Sequence record: SRR20825019_647
Length of the DNA: 20,000 bases
Strand: one strand, 5' to 3'
The notes beneath the pieces were generated by a model that worked only from the letters and a program-made list of their open reading frames with translations, did no database searches and had not been told where the DNA came from. A program made the position numbers and the translations under genes. Positions 7,479 through 15,162 of the stretch are shown one piece after another (positions within the stretch are counted from its first letter, which is position 1; every line of letters starts with the position of its first letter).

Positions 7479-8504
7479 TTAGCGACCGAGGTATTTATCG
7501 CGACCGCGCACGAGCGCTTCCATTTTACGATCCGCGATGGAGCGTTTGAGCATCCAGAAACCGCAATCGGGATGAACGTAACGCACGCGACCGGCGCCGA
7601 CTTTCTTTTCCACCGCTTCGATGCTCTTGGCGATTTCGTCAGGCGTTTCGATGTGGTTGACCTTGATATCGATCACGCCGATACCGAGGGCGATCTTCTT
7701 GTCGATGTGCTTGAGAGCGTTGAGATCGCTGGAAGGGCGATGGGCCATTTCGAGCACGAGATGATCGCAGTGAAGCGAGTTGAGGAATTTGATGAGCTTC
7801 TTCCAGTTGCCCGATTGGATGGTCTGACCACCGTAGTTTCCGAAGCAGAAGTGAACGGCGCGTTCGGTGCCCTTGCTGATCTTGTCGAGCACGACATTCA
7901 TTGCTGCGGCGGCGAGGGGAGCATCGTCGGCATTGCCGGGGATGTTGGCTTCATCGATTTGCACGCAAGCCGCGGGGAGCTTGGGCATCTGATTAGCGAT
8001 CACCTCGGCGAGAGCCATGGTGAGGTCTGCAAAGTTGCCGTAGTGGTGGTCAAGAAGGGTGCGGGCCAGCATGTAAGGACTGGTCGCGGTAAACTTGAAG
8101 GGACCCTGCGCGAGCGAAGCGGCGAGTTGGCAATCGTAGAGGAGATTCAGCGAACCTTCGCCGAGCGCACTTTCAACGACCCCGGCCGGCTTGCTGCGGA
8201 AACCCATCGGAGAGTGTTTGGCGAATTCTTCAGTCACCGAACGACCGACCACTCCGGACACACCGGCCATTGGGCGGATGAAGTATTCGATCATCCCGTT
8301 GGTGTCGGGGTGATTCACGTCGAAGCGCGAGAGTTCGCCGTCGGTCAGCAGGTCGATTCCGGCCTGACGCTGGATATCAAAAATCACGCGCGTGGCGTCG
8401 ATCACGGCCTGTTCGCTAGGCAATGCGCTCAGCCACTCGGGAACCGGATAGGAACCGACCGTGGTGGTGAGGATACGTGGTTTGGAAGGGATCTTGTGGG
8501 CCAT
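7479..8504 (-). CDS. Cobalamin-independent methionine synthase II family protein (single-barrel core MetE-like Zn thiol alkyltransferase)
   Basis: Start ATG 8504 (MAHKIP...). TTTVGSYP, QRQAGIDLLTDGE, VQIDE, HFCFGN (HxC), LEMA, IGVID, HPDCG (third Zn Cys). 341 aa, lacks the N-terminal MetE barrel. Confidence 0.9.
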   Translation of the reverse strand: MAHKIPSKPRILTTTVGSYPVPEWLSALPSEQAVIDATRVIFDIQRQAGIDLLTDGELSRFDVNHPDTNGMIEYFIRPMAGVSGVVGRSVTEEFAKHSPMGFRSKPAGVVESALGEGSLNLLYDCQLAASLAQGPFKFTATSPYMLARTLLDHHYGNFADLTMALAEVIANQMPKLPAACVQIDEANIPGNADDAPLAAAAMNVVLDKISKGTERAVHFCFGNYGGQTIQSGNWKKLIKFLNSLHCDHLVLEMAHRPSSDLNALKHIDKKIALGIGVIDIKVNHIETPDEIAKSIEAVEKKVGAGRVRYVHPDCGFWMLKRSIADRKMEALVRGRDKYLGR

Positions 8505-8638
8505 GAAGAGAACAAAGAGCAAATATCCCGCGTAAGAACCAGCACAAATCGTGATATCTGTAATTGGTAATATGTAGTCTGTGGAACGACACCGTCGTTC
8601 TGATCGGACGCACCGACTTCGCGATGACGAACGGACGC

Positions 8639-9703
8639 TTACTCCAACCGCCAGCGGAGCACGCCCACGTGATAGCGTCGATGCGCGGCAACGCCTTTGC
8701 AGTAGTAGGCGGTTACGATCGTGCCATCGGCGAGTTGCACGTTGGACGGATATCCGCAGTCGCGCCATTCGGGATCGTGGTGATTAGTTGATTCTTCCAG
8801 ATCCACGAGCACCTGCTGTTCGCTCCAGGTCCTGCCTTGATCGCGGGAGATTTTCGCCCCGATAGCACGCAATGGGTCCTTACGGATGGAGTAGGTGAGC
8901 AGCAGTGAGCCATCGGCCAAGGCCGTGAGCCCGGCGGGATGACACTGTTCTCCCGTCAAATCCTGATCGTAATTCCACGTCTGTCCCCGGTCTTCGGAAA
9001 TATATTGCTCCAAATGTTGGTCTTCACAGGTGCGGGCCGCCGCGAGCAAGCGACCGTCGGGCAGTGGCAGCCACGTGGTTTCATTGGTGTGGTTCGGTTC
9101 TCCCAACGAACCGCGCACTTGCCAACTCACACCGTGATCGGAACTCGTGTAAAATTCAGCCCGACTCGAATAGATCATTGAACCGATGGTGCCATCACCC
9201 ACCGGCCAGATATCGCCAAACGGAATCATCATGGGCCGTGTGCGGCCTGCTGCGTCTTTTTGTCCGTTTTGGTAACGCGCCAATTCTTCCGGCGACGGGA
9301 GAGGCGATTGTCCGGGAGTCCAGGTTTTACCGCCATCGGTCGAGCGTGCGGGCAGCGCCGGCACGGTATCGGAATTGAATTTGAGAACCTTTGATTTTTC
9401 TCGGGGAAAGCGATCTTCCCAACCAGAAACGATCGCGACGAGAGCACCATCTTCCGCCAACCCTGTTGAGTGATTCATCCGATTGGTGCCGGGAACGTAT
9501 GGCACGGGCACACTGGTTTTGTCCCAGATGCAGCCCGCATCGTGGCTGAGCCAACAGGTGACGGCCCCTTCCCATTGTCCGTGACAAGGATCAGGCCAAG
9601 CGAGAAGGGCTAAATCACCATTGGGCAGGAGCGTAACATTGGGCCAGCCACAGGCATGGTCGATGGCGATATAGCGTTCGAGAATTTTAGGACTAAAAGT
9701 CAT
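8639..9703 (-). CDS. Asp-box (BNR) beta-propeller, sialidase-fold glycoside hydrolase-like protein
   Basis: Five Asp-boxes: SHDAGCIW, STDGGKTW, SSDHGVSW, SEDRGQTW, SRDQGRTW; NET...LLAAAR; DCGYP...DGTIVTAYY. No signal peptide and no FRIP motif. Confidence 0.85.
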   Translation of the reverse strand: MTFSPKILERYIAIDHACGWPNVTLLPNGDLALLAWPDPCHGQWEGAVTCWLSHDAGCIWDKTSVPVPYVPGTNRMNHSTGLAEDGALVAIVSGWEDRFPREKSKVLKFNSDTVPALPARSTDGGKTWTPGQSPLPSPEELARYQNGQKDAAGRTRPMMIPFGDIWPVGDGTIGSMIYSSRAEFYTSSDHGVSWQVRGSLGEPNHTNETTWLPLPDGRLLAAARTCEDQHLEQYISEDRGQTWNYDQDLTGEQCHPAGLTALADGSLLLTYSIRKDPLRAIGAKISRDQGRTWSEQQVLVDLEESTNHHDPEWRDCGYPSNVQLADGTIVTAYYCKGVAAHRRYHVGVLRWRLE

Positions 9704-9729
9704 GGGGAGGGGAAAGCGGAACCGTGGGA

Positions 9730-10107
9730 TTATTTCGGATTGTTTCCTGACAGGAGTGATTTCACGACCTTTCCGATCTCTGCGAGGGGAGTGGTTTTGC
9801 CCAGATAGCAGGAAACGGATTCGAGGAGAACCTTATCCGTGACCTCTACATCGAAGAGGACGCCCGTTAATAGAATGATCGGTAGGTCGGGGGAGTTTTC
9901 ACGAAATTTTTTGATGATTTCGAAACCATCACCGTCCTCCAACTGCAGGTCGGTGATCACCAGATCGATGGTTTCGTTGGGGAAGACTCGCAACGCCTCA
10001 TGCACTCCTGAGACGGAAAACACCCCGTATCCACTGGCGGATAAATAGTGCTCCAGCATCTCACGGATGGTTGCTTCGTCATCGATAAGTAAAATGTGCT
10101 TTTTCAT
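9730..10107 (-). CDS. Single-domain response regulator (CheY-like receiver)
   Basis: LLIDDE, VITDLQL (phospho-Asp), IILLTG, YLGK; no output domain. ATG 10107 preferred over TTG 10122. Confidence 0.92.
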   Translation of the reverse strand: MKKHILLIDDEATIREMLEHYLSASGYGVFSVSGVHEALRVFPNETIDLVITDLQLEDGDGFEIIKKFRENSPDLPIILLTGVLFDVEVTDKVLLESVSCYLGKTTPLAEIGKVVKSLLSGNNPK

Positions 10108-10135
10108 GGTATATTGATTCAATTCGTCCGTTGGA

Positions 10136-11281
10136 CTAGGTCTGGGGCACTAAGTTGAGAGTGATGATGCCGCCGATGATTTTGTTCTGATCCCGCAGGG
10201 GAAACAACGACATCGAGGTTTGAAAACGTTTGCCCTCTGTATTGACCACGAATGCCGACTGATTTCGCAGGTCACGACCTTCTTTCATCGCAATGATTAC
10301 AGGATGCTGATGGTCGTTTTTGGGCTCCGTCGCCTCATCATTCAACTGGAATACTTTGGTGAAAGACTGCTTGATTAGATCGGAAGTCTGACCGCCGGTG
10401 AGGCGCAGGACAGCCGGGTTGACGCGGGTGATTTGCCCCGTCTTGGTAAGCACGATGACGAGGTCGCTCACGGCATCCACGATGTTGTGGTTATAGTGGA
10501 GTTGATGCTCCAAGGACTGATTTGTCCATTGTCGCTCCAGATTCTCGAGCGTGAGTTCCCGATTGGCGTTTTCGAGTTCGTTGGTTCTCTCCTTCACCCG
10601 GACTTCGAGTGAGTCGTGGGCGGTTTTCAATTTTTCGGTGGCTTGGCTTCGGGCCCTCAGATCACTCCAGGTGAGCCAGAGGACTCCGATCATCAGCAGG
10701 ACGTAGAGACCGATCCCGTTCCAAACGGTCCAGCGCATAGCCTGATCCTGAAGATATGAAGCCGTGTCGCGCTCGGTGAGCAGTTCCAGCTGGACCAGAT
10801 AAAGTGAGTCGATTTTTCGATTTAATTCCGCACTTTTAATTGATCCGAAATAGGTCTGGATCAGGGCTCGGGCCTTGGAAATATCGCCGCCTTGACGCGC
10901 GGTGAGGATCTGCTGCAATCCATCCACCAATTCGATGGAACGGACCTCGATGTCGCTGACTTGCTTTGCCTGTTCCGGATCATTGCGCGTCAGGGCTTTG
11001 ATGATAGCCGTCTGTTCGCTGATCATCACGATTGCCTCGTTGCACTGTTCGAGATCGCGAGCTGCGCTGGTGGCCACGAAGGCCTGCGCACCTGCTTCGG
11101 CGACATAATGAAAGGTCTTCAGATGTTCAATCGCACGAAGGACTGCGTAGGTATGGTTTACCCAGTCGCGGGATTCGCTTGAGCGCGTGATATTGCGCAC
11201 GGCCTGAAATGCGACCACGGCGAGAACCGCCGAAACGATGAGGATAAACGAGAGTATCAGGCGTAGTAATTTATCCTTCAT
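10136..11281 (-). CDS. Inner-membrane CHASE3 + coiled-coil + PAS protein without kinase or cyclase output
   Basis: TM1 (LILSFILIVSAVLAVVAF), CHASE3 hallmark WVNHTYAVL...LTRNDPEQ...ELLTER, TM2 (IGLYVLLMIGVLWLTW), LEVRVKERTNELE coiled coil, PAS (IVDAVSDLVIVL..G.ITRVN...FPLRDQNKIIGGI), then stop. Confidence 0.85.
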   Translation of the reverse strand: MKDKLLRLILSFILIVSAVLAVVAFQAVRNITRSSESRDWVNHTYAVLRAIEHLKTFHYVAEAGAQAFVATSAARDLEQCNEAIVMISEQTAIIKALTRNDPEQAKQVSDIEVRSIELVDGLQQILTARQGGDISKARALIQTYFGSIKSAELNRKIDSLYLVQLELLTERDTASYLQDQAMRWTVWNGIGLYVLLMIGVLWLTWSDLRARSQATEKLKTAHDSLEVRVKERTNELENANRELTLENLERQWTNQSLEHQLHYNHNIVDAVSDLVIVLTKTGQITRVNPAVLRLTGGQTSDLIKQSFTKVFQLNDEATEPKNDHQHPVIIAMKEGRDLRNQSAFVVNTEGKRFQTSMSLFPLRDQNKIIGGIITLNLVPQT

Positions 11282-11331
11282 AGTCGGGATAGTTTTCAGG
11301 GGACGGCACAAGCGGATTTAGAGTAGGGTAA

Positions 11332-11883
11332 TTAGGCGTCCGGATCATGTGATGGGGGCTCGATTTTGACGACGGTTTGCACGGCAATTTTTTTATAATC
11401 CTCGTAACTAAACGTAAATTCCTGAGCAAAGGTCCAGTTTGCTTCCAAAGATTTGGCCACCTTGGTCGCGATCTGTCTAATCCGTGGTTTGGATTTGGTT
11501 AAGGTGAAGAAATATTTGCGATTGTTGTAGTCCAGATACACCTGATCGTTATCCACATAGCAAACGGCGTGACCGATGTTTTTCCCCATCATTTCCACTC
11601 GGATGAGCCGGGTGTTATAGTGATGATGCGTCAGCACATGATCCGCGAGGACCGCGTAGTCAATGCAGTCTCCTGCGCGGCGGGATAGAAACTGCTTGGG
11701 GTTCTGGACATCGAATATATGTTTTTCGAATCGAAAATTTTCAAAGTAGTTCGCAAACCTCTTCGGCGACATTTTGCGATGGTTTAGCAATTGTTCCATC
11801 GAGAGGGCATGCATCGTTGAGCAAAAGGTCATCAACGTGATGACCAAGACTCCGGCGCGGTAACGACTGCTCCCCAATAGCAT
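11332..11883 (-). CDS. Exported transglutaminase-like (LapG/BTLCP-like) cysteine protease
   Basis: Signal-peptide-like N-terminus (R.RAGVLVITLMTFCSTMHA|L); triad motifs GDCIDYA (Cys), GHAVC (His), YLDYN (Asp). Confidence 0.75.
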   Translation of the reverse strand: MLLGSSRYRAGVLVITLMTFCSTMHALSMEQLLNHRKMSPKRFANYFENFRFEKHIFDVQNPKQFLSRRAGDCIDYAVLADHVLTHHHYNTRLIRVEMMGKNIGHAVCYVDNDQVYLDYNNRKYFFTLTKSKPRIRQIATKVAKSLEANWTFAQEFTFSYEDYKKIAVQTVVKIEPPSHDPDA

Positions 11884-11935
11884 GAGACTGTTATGGCGTC
11901 TCAGATGACGAACTCCAGAGTTATATACGTGTGCT

Positions 11936-14221
11936 TTATCCGTCTATTCCGTGGAGCCAGTGATGAAAGGCCCGGAGCTGGGGCATCGTTCCAACGATGA
12001 GAAGATTGTCGCCGGCATGCACGATCTGATTGGCATCGGGGTTAATGATTCGTTCTCCCTCACGCTGGATGCCGATGACGCGGGCACCGGTGTGGCGGGC
12101 GATTTGAAGTTCAGAGAGCGTTTTTCCGTGATGTCCGCCTTCAGGCAGAATTTCGGTTTGAAGGATGGTGCTGCCGAACTTTTCGATTTCTCCCCCGTGG
12201 GAGAGGATGCTTCCTTGCAGGAAGGTGCGCACTGCGGCGAGGTCCGCTTCCTTGCCGAGAATCAGGAGCTTGTCCCCGGGATAGATCCGCAGATCCGGTG
12301 AGGTCTTCGTGATGACGTAGCCATTGCGCTCGATCTCGATTACCGAGCATCCGAAGCGGGAAGGGAAGGCCAATTGAGCCAGATCCTGGCCCGCGTATTC
12401 CGCGTGGTCGGGCACGTATTGATCTTCCAAACGCAGGCTCCACGATTCGAGTCCCTGATGAAGGGCTGCCCGGTTTGTGTCGCGCGGGGCAGGGGTGTCC
12501 TGATTAGTGACGAAGACATCCTGCAGTGAAGCCTGCCACGAGCTATGCCAAAAAATGAGTCGGTTGGATCCGATGCGCACGACGATCAAAGCGGTTAAAA
12601 TGATGACACCCCAACCCCAAAGCGGCAGCGCATTGACCGGCAGGATCAGATACAACCAGTAACCCAACAGTGCCGCCGCCACCGCTCGAATACCCTGTTC
12701 GATCATCCCATCGATCAGCGCGGAATTCTGAGAACTGATTTCCTGCGAGAGGATCATCGCGATGACGATGATGTTGCGCCAGATCGCCAGCAGGAGAATC
12801 AGCGCGAGAAGCCCGACGACTCCCCAGAAGCTGTAGTTGAGCATGGTCGGATCCATCAACTCCGGATCGATCAACTGTTGGACGAGGGCCAGCAGTTGCG
12901 GTGAAAAAATTAACAATCCGCTGACGAAGAGCATTTCGATGCCGATTTGCGCGAAACGTCGTTGCACTAGTTTCCGGGCGACAGCTTCGGTTTCGCGATT
13001 CTGGAGCTGCTCAATCCAGCCATGATAGGCCTCGAGTCCTCGAAGTAACCATTGCGGATGACAGCGTTCGATGAAGGTCGCGATACCCTCCGCATGACGA
13101 TTGATCAGGGGCGTGCTCAATACCGTGAGTAGCGAAACGCCGACTGCGAGTGGGTAGTAGGATGGAGGGAGCACGGCTTTCGAGACTCCGAGCTGGGCGA
13201 TGATGAACGAAAATTCACCCAAGGGACTGAGCAATAAACTGGCACGGCGGGCTTCTTTCGGAGCGGTGCCACAGAGCGTCATTGCCAATCCGCAGGCGAG
13301 CGGCCGGGCGATCATGACAAAAGCAAAGAGACCGAAAACCCATGGCCACACGTCGACGAGTAAACGCACATCAATCATCATCCCGATCGAAACGAAGAAT
13401 ACGCTGCTGAAGACATCGCGCATGCCGTCGAACGATTTTTCGACGCGTGATTTTTGGGGCATCTCGGCCACAATCGCGCCGAGGAGGAAGGCTCCCAATG
13501 CGAGCGAATAACCGGCCTTGGCGGCGGCGATCGCGAGGATAAAGAGGATGCCTGCGACAATGATGGTTTGCAGTTCCGGATCGGCCCGGGTCTCGAGTCG
13601 ACGAAAGAGTCTCGGCACAAGCCACAGGCCCGCGCCGATGAGCAGCGCGACGAAAGCGCTCATGACCGCCAGCAAAGTGCCGACGTTGGTTTCGCCACTC
13701 TGACCCTGACTGGCCAAAATCGTGAGCATCACGACTGCCACCACGTCTTCCATCACGGTGATCCCCATCGCGCGCTGGGCAGCGCCATCGTGATTGAGTT
13801 TTAGCTCATCGACGATTTTTCCGATCACGGCCGAGCTGGAGACCATGAACATCCCGGCGATAAACAGACTCTGGGTGGAGCTCCATCCCACCGCACTGCC
13901 CAGCATCTGGGTGAAGTTGAGCACGAAAAATGAACCGAGACCGGTGGCCAGCAGCGTGGGCAATCCCATCCGGCCCAACTTGGTCAGACTCAGACCGAGC
14001 CCGATGCCGAACATCAGAAAAACCAGTCCGAGCTGGGAAAGCGTTTGAATCCGATCCACGTCGGTCAAATACGAGAACGGTGGCGTATACGGTCCGATGA
14101 CGATTCCGGCCGCCAGATAGCCGACAATGACCGACAACCCGACCCGCTTGCACAGCACTCCGGCGATGCCCGCTGCCAGCAGCACGATGGCGAGGTCTTG
14201 AATGAAATTAATGCCGTCCAT
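11936..14221 (-). CDS. CPA2-family cation:proton antiporter with extra TM segment and two C-terminal TrkA-C (RCK_C) domains
   Basis: VGYLAAGIVIGP, LGLVFLMFGIGL, SSSAVI, MEDV, ALGAFLLG, RDVFSSVFFVSIG, LGEFSFIIA; TrkA-C repeats GQDLAQL..R.G..VIEIERNG..PGDKLLILG and GKTLSELQI..TGA.VIGIQR..AGDNLLIVG. Confidence 0.93.
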   Translation of the reverse strand: MDGINFIQDLAIVLLAAGIAGVLCKRVGLSVIVGYLAAGIVIGPYTPPFSYLTDVDRIQTLSQLGLVFLMFGIGLGLSLTKLGRMGLPTLLATGLGSFFVLNFTQMLGSAVGWSSTQSLFIAGMFMVSSSAVIGKIVDELKLNHDGAAQRAMGITVMEDVVAVVMLTILASQGQSGETNVGTLLAVMSAFVALLIGAGLWLVPRLFRRLETRADPELQTIIVAGILFILAIAAAKAGYSLALGAFLLGAIVAEMPQKSRVEKSFDGMRDVFSSVFFVSIGMMIDVRLLVDVWPWVFGLFAFVMIARPLACGLAMTLCGTAPKEARRASLLLSPLGEFSFIIAQLGVSKAVLPPSYYPLAVGVSLLTVLSTPLINRHAEGIATFIERCHPQWLLRGLEAYHGWIEQLQNRETEAVARKLVQRRFAQIGIEMLFVSGLLIFSPQLLALVQQLIDPELMDPTMLNYSFWGVVGLLALILLLAIWRNIIVIAMILSQEISSQNSALIDGMIEQGIRAVAAALLGYWLYLILPVNALPLWGWGVIILTALIVVRIGSNRLIFWHSSWQASLQDVFVTNQDTPAPRDTNRAALHQGLESWSLRLEDQYVPDHAEYAGQDLAQLAFPSRFGCSVIEIERNGYVITKTSPDLRIYPGDKLLILGKEADLAAVRTFLQGSILSHGGEIEKFGSTILQTEILPEGGHHGKTLSELQIARHTGARVIGIQREGERIINPDANQIVHAGDNLLIVGTMPQLRAFHHWLHGIDG

Positions 14222-14297
14222 GGATCATTTAAGGGAGAAGTCTTCGGGGTGTTGGTTAGCGGAAAATTTTGAGACTGCCCTATTAAAGATAAGAGGG

Positions 14298-14336
14298 AAT
14301 TAAATACGAGCCCCCGGAGAAAAATCCGGGGGCTCG
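14298..14336 (-). terminator. Intrinsic terminator-like hairpin after the small membrane gene and upstream of the antiporter
   Basis: Perfect 12-bp stem cgagcccccgga/tccgggggctcg (14307-14336), 6-nt loop, followed on the - strand by tatttaatt. Confidence 0.75.
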
Positions 14337-14341
14337 CAGGT

Positions 14342-14542
14342 TTATTTCCGGCGACGATCGATCAGCGCACCGATGATGTAACCCAAGACGCCCAACGTGG
14401 CCGTGTTCGAGAGCCAATGGCCTGCAAAGAGGCTCAGGACCAAGCCGACGACGGCTCCGCTGAGAGCGCCCCAGGAAGCATAGAGAGCATCGTCTTCCGG
14501 TGGGGTGGTTTTTTTTGGTTCTGTGTGTTTCTGAAAAGTCAT
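14342..14542 (-). CDS. Small membrane protein with Gly-zipper helices
   Basis: 66 aa; WGALSGAVVGLVLS and LGVLGYIIGALID GxxxG helices, basic C-terminus; followed by a terminator. Confidence 0.7.
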   Translation of the reverse strand: MTFQKHTEPKKTTPPEDDALYASWGALSGAVVGLVLSLFAGHWLSNTATLGVLGYIIGALIDRRRK

Positions 14543-14694
14543 GACTAGTAGTGATTGTGATCCTCCTCGCTTCAGGTGTGGGGGATCGGTTGAGTAGGGA
14601 TAGGAGACCGGCCCGCGGGATCGTGATGATTCGATGATCAGGAAAGCTCCTCAGTTTACGCCGCGTATCGCGGGCGTTGCCTCTCCGGACTACT

Positions 14695-15042
14695 TTAAAT
14701 TCTCAGAACAATGGTCCCCACCCAGGGAGACTTTGGCAGGGAAGGCGCCGGTGAGCCGGGATGAATCTCAAGTCCGGGTTTCCGGATACTTAGAGTTGCC
14801 GACTTGCCGGGCTGCCACCCGCTGGTGTCCTTGGCCAATTCACGTGAGGCGGGTGTGCTTTTGCCGAATCCGCTATCGTGAATCAACGCCAGATCAGAGC
14901 TGTCGTGCGAGAGCTTCTCCCACGTTCCGTAACCCTGATTCAACGGCGTGAGGCTTCGTTCTGTCGGGAGCATCGCACTTAGAAGCATGATGGCCAGACA
15001 GACGACGAGGGGCCGTTGCAGGACTCGGGATCTCAGACTCAC
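14695..15042 (-). CDS. Hypothetical small protein with N-terminal hydrophobic helix and C-terminal PWVGTIVLRI
   Basis: 3' part of ORF 14695..15459. GTG 15042 gives MSLRSRVLQRPLVVCLAIMLLSAML (basic + hydrophobic), fills an otherwise empty region and lies just downstream of a - strand TTGACA at 15077-15072. Confidence 0.45.
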   Translation of the reverse strand: MSLRSRVLQRPLVVCLAIMLLSAMLPTERSLTPLNQGYGTWEKLSHDSSDLALIHDSGFGKSTPASRELAKDTSGWQPGKSATLSIRKPGLEIHPGSPAPSLPKSPWVGTIVLRI

Positions 15043-15162
15043 AGCGCACAAAGGGCGCGCCCGGATCGTATTGTCAATGGCGGGATTTTGTTGGTTTGGC
15101 GGATAAAGGTTCGTCAGCCCTATCAGTGGGGTTAGCTTGGATTTCCCCCTTCTTTTGTGACC

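Noticed and set aside
7572-8570. 332-aa + strand ORF
   Set aside because: Antisense shadow of the MetE-like gene, expected in GC-rich DNA; no motifs.
8505-8638. SAM or cobalamin riboswitch upstream of the MetE-like gene
   Set aside because: Only a small hairpin is present; no recognisable SAM-I/II or B12-box consensus. An Rfam scan would be decisive.
8505-8768. 88-aa N-terminal extension of the MetE-like ORF (7479..8768)
   Set aside because: Arg-rich, non-protein-like, and overlaps the Asp-box gene; the family motif TTTVGSYP begins right after ATG 8504.
10108-10200. Frameshifted histidine kinase after the PAS domain
   Set aside because: Only 28 nt separate the stop from the receiver ATG; no room for HisKA/HATPase and no H-box seen.
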